Source: Acanthaster planci (lineage: Eukaryota). Taken from it: DNA of 61,811 bases. A program made the translations under genes and the position numbers. The notes beneath the pieces were generated by a model, which saw only the letters and a program-made list of their open reading frames with translations, was not told the DNA's origin and made no database searches. Below are positions 48,636 through 61,811 of this stretch, piece by piece. Numbering within the stretch: position 1 is the stretch's first letter; each line of letters starts with the position of its first letter. The stretch is taken from contig NW_019091360.1 in the NCBI RefSeq assembly GCF_001949145.1, positions 1,272,529 through 1,334,339 on the forward strand, written 5' to 3'.

Positions 48636-50339
48636 ACCGTTGATAAGGTTTGTCCACTCTGTAACGATCAGTCTCATATTTCACCAGTAGCACTTTTTGG
48701 TTGGTATCACAATGGTTGCCCCACAATGCACATCACTTACTAGAAAGGCCGTATTTTCATTCAGCGTTTTAAATTGACAGCCAGCTAATGGTAGACAAAT
48801 AGACGAATGTAACAAAGAACGAGAGAAGTCTACACGGATTAATGTGGTTTTTTGTTTTGTTTTGTTTTTGTTTTGCTTGTATTGTTTAATGTTGTTTGGA
48901 CATGGCTTTTTGGCTACTATTGATGTGCGTCCTAGTTTTGACAGCTTCGATACCAAAAGATGCTCAGCTTGGGTTTGAGGCTATAAACTGCAGAAAACAG
49001 ACACGGAAAGCGAAACAAAAATGAATACAAAATAATGCAATAATACCACTGAGAGAGAAAGGTCCGCGGAATTGCAGGAGCCTGGAACCTTCGGAGGAGG
49101 AGGTAGAAGAAACTTTGCTTGAAACGAAACGGTGTCTTCCCAAATTCGCACTGCATGTTGTTGCTGATGTTTTCGTTGGTTTCCAATTAGATTGACACCT
49201 GCCAAATTGTTTGTTACCAAGAAACATGTTTGTTTGTGTACAGCGTGGTTAAACACGACCGTTTCTTGACAGCACCTTGGTTGCGTGGTCGAGGCCTACG
49301 TGAAGAGTCCACCTGCTCTTTGACCTCGATGAACCTTGTGAAACAGTCACCTGCCAGAAAACTTGGCACGTGCCAAAACTGCCTGTGGCTCGCACATCAC
49401 GGCTGCTCACACCTTACTCTCAAAACTCGACACTCTCGGACCTTTTGATATTAAAGCCGTGTTGAGCACAAACGCTCACCTGACCTGACGACTAACACGT
49501 AGTACTTATTCAAGACCCCAGGGCTAACAGGTTCTTAATGTTAGACCACAGAGGAAAAAAATGCGCTCCAATTTGGCAATTAGCTTACAGCCTGTTCGCT
49601 CATGCCATTTTTCTTATGTCTAAACTTACCTAGCTCCTCTGAAGTTGTGAGATCCCTTAGGGCTTCCACGGAGAGCTTATAATGCACGCTCGTGTAATAA
49701 TTTCGTGACCTAAACACAAAGTATGATCAGTGCATGGTCTATTTCCGCACACGTTGGTCTCAGATGGTTGCACACAACTTACAGTTGTAATCCTCCATGG
49801 ATCTTTAGGTCTGTGACTGGGAATGATTTCTCACATTGCAGTGAACAAAATTCAAACTGATGAAAGCTGTCGACAGTAAGGTTCAGTGGAGCACTTGTTT
49901 TGTCCAAATGCCCAAACAGGTAGGCACTAGCTGAAAATCTAAGTAACAATTAAGAAAAGCGTTTTGATTGGCTGAGTTTATTTTCTTTCTGTTTTGCAGA
50001 CGGCAGTTGGCAACTTTGCGCGTCAGAGGGAACGTCCATCCAAGTCATCGGATTTCAAGCGGATCAGAGTTGATCTCTTTTCATTTTCTGTCCACATATG
50101 TGCAACTATTGTGAAACAGGCTATATACACATATTTTAAGTTTTGTTAACACTGTCATAAAATTGGTATATTTTTAAGTTACGCCGCAACAATGAAACCT
50201 TAAAAGTTGTTCCAGATTACATCCCACCTGCATACCTTCATATCCACTTGCTGTTTTACGCAGTACTGTGTTTTGGTGATAACAATAGGACTCCGTAGAC
50301 GAGTAGATTAGAGATGTCAACTTAAATTAATTACCATGT

Positions 50340-50430
50340 TTGTACGCCTTGCAAGCAAGTCACGAGGTGATTAGTGGGGTTTGAACCTGCGAACAAGGTT
50401 GTCCTAGTTGTTGGTGCCCTGTTGCCCTGA
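50340..50430 (-). mobile_element. Possible tRNA-derived SINE remnant
   Basis: Minus strand reads gttcgcaggttcaaaccccac (B-box-like) followed by gtgacttgcttgcaaggc; no cloverleaf. Confidence 0.3.
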
Positions 50431-53400
50431 TATGTAGTGATATCACGGCATTGGTGTTTAGAATACGTCGAAATTAGACTCGGGCAGTGTCTGCATGTTA
50501 TTGCTGTGCCTGGAAGCAATATCTATATCACAAAACAACCTGAGGATAAGCCATGCACTTCCCTACGGGACAATGTTTTATTGCCAGTCTCGAGGGGAGA
50601 CTAGTCTTCAAGCCTCGTGAAGTTTTCCCTGTGGAGATGTCAGACTTACCTTTGAAAAATCATCTGGAGCTACAATTATAGCCTTAATTCTAGTCGGGTC
50701 CCCCAAGCGCGTTGCTGTAAAAATCGCTGCCTGGAAATAACGTTTTCGCCTATATGCAAAAAGCCACTGGCTATAAGATAGTGGTTGTAATCATTTCCTG
50801 CAGACTTGTGCGGAATTTCAAGTCGCAGCCAAGTAAATCGGACACGGTCCGAGTCTCTGACGTCTGGGATCTACCCATCCTAGTTCGAATTCGCAGGCTC
50901 ACAATATTCGGGGTGACTCCGATGTGCCGTGTTTATACCAGCGAAGCGAATGTAAAAAATAAATTCTTATGTCTTATTATTCATTAACCCTCGTCTTTCA
51001 TTGTTGCAATTATGGATTTCCACTGGGTTTGTGGTCGGCGAATCTTAATAAAAAATACATGGATGTTGGATGTTGCATTTTGTGTGTTCGTTGAACTCGT
51101 CACTGTGACAACCGTTTCCAACCGTGTGTCTGTAGGCGTTCCATTAGTGGGGATATTGGCAGTTGCGAGTTTGACACTGACGTGTAGTGGTAACCTGGCA
51201 CGTGAACACACGTGGCCGAAGGGTGTTTTGCGAAAACATCCAAGAAAAGAGCAGCCAGGTTTTTTACATTTACCCATTACCTCAGTTAAAATATGAAATG
51301 GGCCTGGGATATACACCTGTTGCTTGGAAGAGGATTGGTGGATACAACGCCGATCGCCACACAAGACGAATTACCACTTTGAGGGCTAATTAGAATGCTA
51401 CAAATGTCAAATTACACTGCACCTTAAAAATGAAGTCCATTGGGGCTTTTTGGAAATCGAAATTAGAAATTGAATACAACGGTGTTCGATACGGAATTGA
51501 AGTCTTTTTCAGTGGAATATGTGTGATACAGGTGTTGTTTTTAAAACAATTGGGAAAGCCTATATTAAAACGAAACCTAACACTTGGGTTTTTCAGTTAG
51601 CTATTGATAAAGGCCAAATTGCAGTTAATACTCCTAATTAACTATCATAATGGTAAGATTTTTCACCAAGTGAGTTATAGCAGAGATGTGGGATGTTACC
51701 CCTGCATTCAACTCCCGCAAACAAATTTTTACTTCAGGGCAGCGTAGGCTTTTAAGCTGATCTCTCGATTTAATCTTGCCTTAGAAATGAAAGTGTTCTG
51801 TAAGAAAGAGGCGATAAACGCCTCCAAACTGTGGACGGAATAAGTGCAAAAAAAGTAAACAGAACAACTAGAGGAATGGTAAAGTTTGGTTTAGCTCAGC
51901 CTCGGCGAGGATAATGTTGTCTTCGATAATTCAAGCAATGCCGCTGGGGGAATAAAAGCTTATAAATGGGACACGGAGGAATTCTTAAAAGGGATTAGGA
52001 GGCAATTTGTCACGGTTTGAGACGATCTGTGTGGCTGGTTGGGGACTTGAGCGAAATACGTTAAGCACTGACTCACAATGCTGAGACTTAGATTGCCACT
52101 TTCAATCTGAAACAATATTGTCAAACTCAGAGAGTCTGAAAACAAAACCTGATTTTTTTTAATTTAACAGCTCAATAAGAAAGCTTCACCAGCTTTCCTG
52201 CCATATGGACATGAGTACGGATCGGACCGTGCTCCTCCCACCGAATTTTGAACGCCCCGCCCTGACTCATAAGTACTAAAAATTGTATAATCAGTTTCAA
52301 ACCGTGGTTTGATTCTGGTTTTTTTTTCAATTCCGTATTATAATCAGCAATAGCCATGAAGGATTTCAATAACTCGACCATTTTCCATGTGCACCCCTCT
52401 CCAAGAAAGAGTGCATTGGATCAGGTGGCTGTGTAAACCAAGGGGACCTCAGCTCCATGTTTGTCTTCACATTTTAAGTATTTGGCCTGTGTCAGTGAAT
52501 TCAGATCAATCGGTGTGGTATTTGAAGTAGTACAAGGATTGAGGGGGAGCTGTGGACAAAAGTGTTCAACGCACGAAACAAAATACTATGGTGGCCCTCC
52601 ATCCATAAAGCCACCGCCAGTCGGCCTGAATATCCGTGCGAAATCGACAAAATCACGGCGGGTCTCAAAGGACCTTTGCGACTGCAGAGACTGCGAAGGC
52701 TAATCGACAACCCTGGTTCCTGCACGACTGCAAATGGAAGAGAGGTCGGGATTATGGGTGGACCTGACGGTATTCCCCTCAGAGTCCGCACACAGTGCCC
52801 TTGTAGCACCAGAGGTCGTGACCGTATTGGGTTATATGCTGGCCGCTGGGGTTACACTATTTTCAAAGCATTCCGTCCTAGTGTTTCGAAAAGACAAACA
52901 GGATTCTTGTCTAATCTATCTGAATCGTACATAACTGAATGCACATTGGTCCTCATAAGGCATTTTAATTAATGGGAGACTTTTGGTGGCGGCAAATTCA
53001 ACCCATCAGGTGGGATGGGGGGTACAAAAAGTGGGGAAAATGAGGGATAATGATAAAAAAATAACTAAAGTAAATGCGCCAACACCATTTCAAATGTATG
53101 CCATGTATAGTGTTTCATCATCGTTAAGCTTGTCCGCAAAAAATGAGACATTAAGGAAAAATCTCTGGCCTGATCCCCCTGGAAAAATTCCTGGATCCGC
53201 CCCTGCAAACCAGTCCGTTTTTAGTTTCTACCGGCCCTTTCTTCAGCGCACCAAGTGTGCAAACTAACGCATGTGAAGGACCAGTGCACTTGCCTCCACC
53301 AATCATCTAAAACGTCTCGCATTGAGAACAATCTACCGTTGTTCTGATTCAAGATAAAACTTGTGAAGTAAAAACTCATGATGAATTGTTTCTCGCAGAG

Positions 53401-54538
53401 GGTGGTATGCATGCTTTTAAAGCTAGGGTAGCGTGCGAACAGAGCTTCCAGGATATTTTTTATTATAATCACAGTTTATGTCTTCTTTGATCCTTGCTGG
53501 AGTCATGGGCGCCGCCGGAAGAGGTGCAGAACTTTTCGAGGAGTGGGGGGGGGGAACACTCATCAACTGCTAACTGACAAACCGTCAGCGATAGAGGGGG
53601 TCACTTCCGAGGTTTTTTCACAGAAATAAGTGGTTTTGCATCCTCTTTCCTGCTTTCGTTTTTGTATCTTTCCTGTCCTTTCTCTCCCCCCCCCCCCACA
53701 GTGCGCATTTGGTTGTAGCACATTCCACATTAAACACCATGGTCTGCCAAAGCGAATCTGGAACCAGCGACCTCTAGCCATACATGTGTATGTACACAGA
53801 ATACCAGCTGAATCAGTCGGCCAGTTCGACTTTCGAAGGAGGGAGAAAGCGTATCTACTATGCATGAACTAGGCCATGATCACTGATTTTTACAATTCGC
53901 CATGTTCAATCAGATGTAATTATATTGGAGACTCGACCCCTTGCGCGGGTTTTCATTATTAAGTTCTGAGTGCAGACTGTCGTGACTGGAAACACAAATG
54001 AAGGCACAGTTCCCAACTGTGATTATTGTACGGCTCGTAAAATAGGCACGGGTGTAACCGACTGAAATTCTCTCTTCAAAATGTACTGCAATGATAATTC
54101 ATAACAAACAATAATTTTTATGTGAAGACAAGAGAACACCTTGAATTTGGGATCCCTCCTCTCGGATGAGATCAGTTAATTAACCTGGTTCTGCCCTGGA
54201 AAGTATGTCGCACTTTCCAGTGAAAAGTCTTTCCTCTCGGGCTGTTTTATGTGAAGTGAATCACTGATTACTTGAGCAAACGTGAGAAGCGTGTTTCAAT
54301 GAATGATACGTCCCATGGTCAATATGACCTCGCTGTTTGGAGTTGAATTTTCAAAGTGACCCTTTGTTTGTGTTGCAAGGTTTGCTTGTATACAAATTGT
54401 GAAAACTAAACTTCAGTTACAATAACCATGGAACCACACGAGTCCTTGCATATGTAGACTAATGCTATGTACGCCTGGCCAACGCCGAGTATGGAAAAGA
54501 AAGGTAGACACGATTTGAAAGCTGGAGTTCGATTCAGT

Positions 54539-54740
54539 GTGTGCGGTCAGTGACTGCACTTTTTAAAGTGATGAATCAACGTTTTAAATGTTAAGTCAAC
54601 AATGTCAAGGGAAAGTATAATAATTAACACTTTAATTGTTGAAATAACCTTTTAAAAATAGAGGATTTCGAAGAATGCTGAATTAACAATGTAAATACAC
54701 TGGATTAGACAATCCAAAAGTGTAGTCACTGACTGCACAC
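54539..54740. mobile_element. MITE-like element with 25-bp inverted ends and AT-rich core
   Basis: gtgtgcggtcagtgactgcactttt versus aaaagtgtagtcactgactgcacac, complementary at 23 of 25 positions. Confidence 0.7.
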
Positions 54741-57700
54741 GTGGAAGTGTTGGATTCAACACTTCTATTTTTTATCGAGGTCAATTTCTCCGAGATACTT
54801 GCAAACGCACAAGGGAAGAAAACTGCTGTAGGCTTCATGAATCTTCATATGACCTTGTTGCTGTTTGTGTTTAACAAATTATCAAAAATATTATTGTCAT
54901 TGCTAGCTTATTTCTATGTTTCCTTACAAAACAACAAGACTGCCTGTGCAATAATAGTTTTACTTCCCATTGATCTTAATATCAATGTATACACCTAGTT
55001 CTTCAACGAGCCGGTGCAATCAAGAGCAAAGCAAGCATTTACACAAAACAGGCGGCGGGGGACGCCCCAAATTGAGTTGAAATAAGAACATACACGCTGG
55101 GCACATAATTTGCTCACTGGAGTACGACAATAAAAGAATCGATCAAAACATGGAAGTCACTTCGTTCAAGTTATCGAGTACAGGGCAACATTGTGCAACA
55201 GTTCTTAAAATTTATTTAAATGAAGTCCATGTCGCGCACATCTAGATTTATATGCTTGCTTCTCATAGAGACTGAAGCACGTACAGTTTGTAGAGGGCAG
55301 ACTTGCTTCCTCAGAATGCCGCGAAACTTGGTATTTACACCTTGCGAGGTCATACTTATATTGCGCACTTGCTCAATCAAACAAGCGTTTTTGTAAATTG
55401 CGTTACTAATAATTAACACACCTGGTTGGGAAAGGGTTCCTTTTAAAGTAATAGAATTCAAATTTGGGGGCACTCCACGCCTGAAAAACGGGACGTTTCG
55501 TGGGCTGGCTTCCTCCGTTGAGAAGTTGATGGCCAAAACTTACGCGCGCAAGACATCAGCCGACGAACTCACCCAGGAGGTTGAATTGCACTCTCACGAT
55601 CAATCTTCTATGTCAGCCAGCTTGCCCCAGGTTGTTATTAGCTCCACTAACAAGTGGACAAGGGACCGCCATAAGCACATCGAGAGCAACTGTCCCGACT
55701 ATTTGACAGTCGATGGGTCGTGGAAGATCATAGCGATGGACGAGGGAGTCACGTCCTTTACCATATTTTAGCCCCATCGCCGGCCCTGAAACAAATTCCA
55801 CGTTGTGGTTCGCCTTCCGTTTTCATAAGATTAGGGGAAACTAAGAACTAGTTAATTGAAAGCTTTTCACAAATTGTATCTTTTTTCCAGATCCACACAT
55901 TTTTCGAAGGTCTTCATAGCCATGCTTGGCCGGATCGGGCAACAGGGCAGTTTTTCAATACGTTAGGAGGTTTTTCATTTCATTTCCCTTCTAAAGCGTG
56001 TAAAAAGCCCCCCCCCATTAGCCCCACCCCCCAGAAAAGTGAAAAAAAAATTACTTTGGGTGCCCGAAATTTAGGTCTGGATTGGCCCTTGTCTAGGAGG
56101 TCCTATCGGATTCTCCGACGCCCTAGAGCTGTTTGTGTTTGATCGTTAGACTGAAATTCAGTTAGTAATATTCAGGCAGAAACTACGCAAACAAGCACTG
56201 GGGAAAAGTTACCACACGGCGCCATTCGGTTTGGCAATAACGAAATGTTGGCAATAGTGAAATGGAATTGTTTTCGTCAGCATGTGAGTGATTTACCAAG
56301 CACAACTGCTACAGTGTCGTCTGTAAGGTTCGGTCGGTAATCACATCCATTGATCAAGCAAAGCATCATCACGCAACCAAAAATATACACCATTTTCCAG
56401 TTGTGTGCCCCTTTTAATACAGGGAGACTACCTACACAGCTCAAGTCGCCCGACGTCCGTCGATATATACCATCGAAAACACAGACGTACAGGTTGGAGG
56501 CGGAGCAATAAACGATGCGCGGACTATTCATCTCTGATAAATCCCTCTGGCGACGATGTGAAGACGCGACCTCCCTGGGGATGGGGGAGAGCAGAGACGA
56601 GCTCATCGTTTGGCGGGGGAGAGTGCCACCCGTCATGCCAAAGACTAGAAAGGGATGACACGTTGGCGTGGCTAGGCTTCATGGTATCCAATGATCCTGT
56701 CATCACGTTCTGAAGCCAGTTTCGACGGGGGACTTACTCATTACCACAATTTACCACTGATGGTTCCGATAAATGAACGCTGGGCATTGATTATTTGTCC
56801 CGTGAAATGAAGGGGGGGGGGTACTGTCCTGTCGTCAATTCACTTACCCTACGTAAAAGGGCAGGGAAGACTGTGCCCACGTACGGTACGTTTGTTTGAT
56901 TCTGTCGCGCCGATTTTCATGATTTTTTTTTCACTGGCGTCTTGGGTACCGGCTTGGAATTGAATCTACCATTCTCTAGAATTTTTTTTTTCAATTTTCG
57001 AAGAGTAGGTGAAGAACCTGTCACACTGAATGTTCAGAACGGTAAGTGACGTCTCTTCTTATTTAGTTTTAGGATTTGTCAGCGCCAGCATTCTAGAAAC
57101 GGTACTCTAACCTTTATGGCAATGGGGTTGAAGATTTCACAGATGACAAGAATTGGATCGATAGTCATTTTTGAAAACATCCATTCCCCGGGCCCAAAGA
57201 CATGGATACACCACTGCAGCTACTTATATTAAACCACCGGCTACTGACCACCAGCTACTGACCACTGGCTGCTCACCACCACGAAAGGTTTTAAGTACGA
57301 AGAATTGTGCTTGCCTTGCTCACTGTCTTTATACATTCTCGCAGTCGAAGGGTGTTCCATTTATTGCGCTCATGTCTGGGTAAAGGGTCAACCACAGGGA
57401 TTTGCATGTTTTCCTCTTTTTTGCCGCAACATGATAAAAATAACTGAAACGTTTTCTGTACAGTGTGGTAGATATTCATAGCGCATTAAAAGTGAAATTT
57501 CAGGCACATTTGATGTAAAGGTTATGAGTTTTGTCAATAATTCCGATTTTCCTCCATAGACTGCAACGCTATTTTGCCCCTTTGAGTGGACACCCCCCCC
57601 CATTTCCGGTGCCCCCTCCACTGAAAAAAACAAAAAAGCACACTACTGAAAGCTGGTACCCCCATATGATGCTGGTGCCTCCCACTAGTAAAATCCTAGC

Positions 57701-59728
57701 TATGCCACTGAGAATCAAGACTCATCAGTGACGTCTCCCATTCGCGAAAATAGTCGTGCACAATTTCAGAAGAGTTAATTGGGGTTATTGTTCTTGTGAG
57801 CCATTGTTCCAACAAGGTCTATCAAATGAGGGCACAAAGAGACCGCGCCTTAGATCTAAAATTGTCCCAAACAAGACTAAAGAGAGGGCGCTATTTCAGA
57901 CTGGTAACCTCATCAGTCCGCGGTTCGCGAAAGGGCAAAATACTTGATTGGGAAAATGATCACGGTACTTCGCATGCGCGGAGCAACAAGCGTTCATGTC
58001 GTGGCGGAATTTTTGATAGCGCTGAACTGAGAGCATGGTTGGAGGCAATTTAAGGAAACCAATTGAAAATGCCTCGACCGAGAAGGTAGGTAGACTGACT
58101 ATAGTTGATTTATAAAGCAAAGTTGGTCCAGAAAATTCTGAGGTATTTTTATTCTTTGAAAGCTTGTCTAGCCGTCACTGTTGCGATGTCCGGAAATTGG
58201 GCACCATGTCGGGGACCACACCACAAACTAGCAAGCAACGACGCCAGACTATGCATACGCCGCTCGTATGTGCAAACGATGACATAATTTTTGAACTATT
58301 TTTAGATCACGGTTCGCAGATAACATCGATTTCTTTATCAGCCAAAATCTTCAAAACAAATTCCTCTGATCGATCAACTTTACAGGAAACATGCTACCCA
58401 AGATCTAAATGAAAATTTCTTTTCATTTGGTATCTATAAAAGTGGATCAAAGATATTTTTTGGGTCAAATCTTGCACTGGATGTGTCAAATTCAGCGGGC
58501 AGGCGTGTCCAACTCTGCCGATGAAAAAGTTTACATGAAAAAACATGAAGCTTTGCTGAAGTTTACTTTATGCACAGAATTGTTGCCATTATTTATCTCC
58601 ATCGATTCACAGTGGCAGATTTTATGTTTACCGTGGCGATTTTCCAAAATAGCGATTGGAAACAATTTTGCCATAGACTCCAATGGTAACAGCCACGGTG
58701 GCCATGTTGGTTGCCTGCATTTCAAATCTCGTTATTTTCCAAAATTGCGGGGGTAAATTACATCATTATCACGCGACCCAATGAAAATGACGTCATTGCT
58801 CCTTGAACTAGTGACATAAGCAGAAACTAGGGACGGTGTTTGATTGTGGTTTGGTCCCCGACCTGGGCACTGGAAAGAGTTCCGTACATTACTCAATAGG
58901 ATACTCAATAGGCCTATTAATAGTAATACTCAGTGATGGTACATAAACCTTATTGCATGTCCCTTTTTCCTTCCCACAGTGCCTTTCTACCATTGTGCAA
59001 AATCACCCATGCAGTATTTGTGATAAGGCTTATAATGTAAGGTTAAGCCTAGGCCCCTGCCCTCTGTAGTGAGTTCGATGTCATCTTTAGTTTCTGAAGG
59101 GACCCCAACAAACTTGGTATCATTTGAAAGCTGATGAATTGAGAAATCTGATGATACTTAAATCAGGCTCATTAACTCATGAAATTAACCGATTTACGGC
59201 CTACATCATACATGTACTTGTACAAGCTGTAGCGGTGTAATTGTACATACATGTACATGCATTAATTAATTGTCCAGTTTTGCACTCAATTCTTAATTAT
59301 TCATGGTCAAGTGCATTATGGGAAAAGCTTTGCGGTTGTTGGCAAGATGGCTCCTGTGAGCTGATTGCACGTTTCTGAATAAACCTAATCGTTCGTGTTT
59401 GCATTTGTTTATAATCCGTATTGTCACCCGTGTCCTGTCATTGCCATCTGAACCTGTTTGTAGCACATAATCCCGTTACAAAGCCTAGGCCTACATGTAC
59501 AATAAAGGACTCTTGGTACATATACATGTTCAAAGTTTCATTCTGCCAGTTTTTATAGTGTACTGCATATTCATGGCAATCACTCAAACTAGCAATAATA
59601 AATTGACCGTTTGGATTGTATTCACTTTGGTATCATTGGAAAGCTTGTGGAAAAAGACATTGAACCTTTCATTTTCATCTCTCAGGTCCTTTTTTTTTCT
59701 TTAGAAGTTTTTTCATGTTTCCAATATT

Positions 59729-60010
59729 TTAACCAAAGATCGTATAGCGTCGAAGGCACAAGATGGATAACTCTGCCTAAAAGGTGTAATCACCATGGGC
59801 GCCATTTGAGCAAGCTATACGCCTGCGCGGTTTATAGTAATGCACTGGCACAGGTGCACGTGGCTGCCGCAGCGCCTGTGCATTAGTGTGCACTGCACAG
59901 GTGTATCGCTTGCTCAAATGGTGCCAATGCGATTACAGCATCTTACGTGTATTCAAGGTGAAGTTCCCTATCTTGCGCTGCTACGCCATGTTATAAGATC
60001 CTTTGATTTA
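59729..60010. repeat. ~280-bp imperfect palindrome (foldback MITE)
   Basis: ggcgccatttgagcaagctatacgcctg pairs with caggtgtatcgcttgctcaaatggtgcc; outer arms aaccaaagatcgtata and tataagatcctttgattt. Confidence 0.8.
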
Positions 60011-60104
60011 AACTGACCTTTTCTTCTTGTGATTGTCTGAGTTTCCCTCTATAGACTGCTTTTTTGTCTTTCAATTTGGCACATTTCCTTTGATAGTATG
60101 CAGA

Positions 60105-61811
60105 TGTTGTTGTTGTAAGATTAATGGTACCTTTGGCACTGTTGTGTCCTCTGTGCCTACTTCAAATACAGTAGCTGAGTCACAAAGAAATCTTCCTCAC
60201 AGTAAAGACATCAGGCTTGAATTTTGAGAACAGTGACGGATAAGAAGAAAAGAAAGGACAAGTCTGAAAACTAAAGAATTGAGAAATGACTCTGTAAAGG
60301 GAGGCATGTACTGTAGGATATGTAGGAGGAAACCAAATAAAAAAGAGATAATTATACATGCATACATGCAAAAAGAAACTGGACAAGGCTTACATGTAGA
60401 TGAGAAGAGCTACATATGAAATGTTAAAAACATGTCAGCCAATCAGTAGAGTGATTGGGAAGTGAAGGATGTTATGAGGGTGATATGACATTAACGATCC
60501 TCCAGACATGGAGATGCTACAGTGTCCTGCAAGCCAGCCGTCTCCCATGCAATTTAAGAGCCCATGCTCCGCCGGTACGTTCGCAGGCTGCATACTCCAG
60601 GTGTTGATAGGTAGCGCTCTGTCCAGCCAATCGTTTGACCTATGTATCACACCAGAAAGCATGGGCAAATATGGATAAATTTACATGTATGTATGAGCAT
60701 GCATGTTCATATGAGATGTTACTGTTAGTAGCCTTGATGTATTTCAGTAAGTGGGGAATATTATATTTTGAGTTTAAAACATTTTTAAGCGTCATTTGAT
60801 CTGGATTTTATTTTAATGATTTTTGAAGTTTTCCCCTGGCACTAACATATTTGTTACAGTTTATGAGAAAATGCTCAGCATTGTCGTATGTGTTGCGTGT
60901 TTCACAAAGTCCGTTCGCGTGTTTACCGATTTGTTTTATAGAAGCTATTTAGCATTTTACACATATGAAGCCGGAGTCTGTGAATCTGAACTTCTTGCCA
61001 GCGTGAGAGGTTCCACCAGTTCATGTTAAGGGAAACAATGGGTTAAATTTTTTTAAGTAAAAAAGCTTTAGAATTATTCCATTCTCGTTGCCACTGTTGC
61101 TTGATGCAATTTTTGGGTTGATGTTTAACTTCTGTTATAGAAAGGGGAAGTTTATGGTCATAATAGTTTTTTTAGTACCCTTTTAAGCAATCTGGTCAAC
61201 TTGTTCATTTCCTCAAACTCCACAGTGTCCTGGTATCCATTTAAAAATAACTTTGTTAGCCTGATTTTGAATGTTAATAAGTGTATGCCGAATATCACAA
61301 GTTAATTTGTTTCTTGGGATAGGCCGAGATATAGCTTGTGTAGCATGTAGACAATCTGTGAATATACAGGATTGCATAGGCTGAACATCTTCAATCCATT
61401 CAAGGGCCAGTAAAATGGCAAAGAGTTCCGCTGTAAAAATAGAGGCTTCGTTGTTTAATCTGATGTTCTTAGAATAATTAAGTTGAGGTATGTATAAACC
61501 ACATCCCACAGTGTTATTATTTGGGTCAACAGAACCATCTGTATACATGTGAAGTGAGTTACCCTAAGTCGTAAGTATGATCTCTGTAGCATGGGAACCC
61601 TTTTCATTGATATCCATGATATGTTTAACATGGTTCAGAATTTCTGTTGAGATATCAGGTTTAGTATAATGCCAGTAAGGAAATGGATTGTTTCATGGGA
61701 AGGTATTAAAATGCAGTTTACCTGTTCTGGCTTCAAATGGAGCTTGGCATGGATTGTTTTTCCATCTTTTAGCAAAGGAGTGTCTGCCAGCAGTCTATTT
61801 GGACGTATTTA
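60105..61811 (-). mobile_element. Decayed RNase H-containing LINE (I/Nimb-like), 3' portion, running off the window end
   Basis: RNase H YTDGS...SIFTAELFAILLALEWI...IFTDC...WIPGHCGV*GNEQVD; then WQREW, SRWQEVQIHRLRL, a degenerate Zn-knuckle GLCE...EHFLINCNKY; ORF2 stop near 60707; (CAA)n-like tail at 60105-60116. Confidence 0.88.

Noticed and set aside
50340..50430. tRNA gene
   Set aside because: Only a B-box-like stretch; no acceptor stem or anticodon arm. At most a SINE remnant.
52461..52972. Overlapping 66-136 aa ORFs in a GC-richer patch
   Set aside because: No recognisable domain, codon bias or consistent splice sites.
53170..53205. Isolated ctggatccgcccctg-type MITE ends (also near 34800, 31450 and 57700)
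   Set aside because: Only one clear terminus each; boundaries and TSDs could not be defined, so they are not listed as features.

Overview
This is animal genomic DNA, not prokaryotic: spliceosomal GT-AG introns, roughly 40% GC by eye, and a repeat content typical of a marine invertebrate. Most ORFs in the supplied track are spurious. Three spliced + strand genes are supported. (1) Bax inhibitor-1/TMBIM6: 8 coding exons at 4691-14089, first coding exon not found; its last intron holds a decayed Penelope-like retroelement whose two terminal repeats each carry a minimal hammerhead-ribozyme motif. (2) An intact 8-exon gene of about 402 aa at 18119-25135: signal peptide, an isolated EGFR/ErbB domain-II cysteine-rich module with its dimerization arm (intron positions and phases match EGFR exons 6-8), then two CUB domains, with no TM or kinase visible. 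This is the most unusual feature. (3) An orphan secreted prohormone-like precursor of about 126 aa at 47745-48635. The remainder is intronic or intergenic: two LINE fragments, a hAT transposase remnant, several MITEs and foldback elements, a 262-N gap, and a ~1.65 kb tandem duplication joined by one N that is probably an assembly artefact. All calls are from manual reading; no searches were run.
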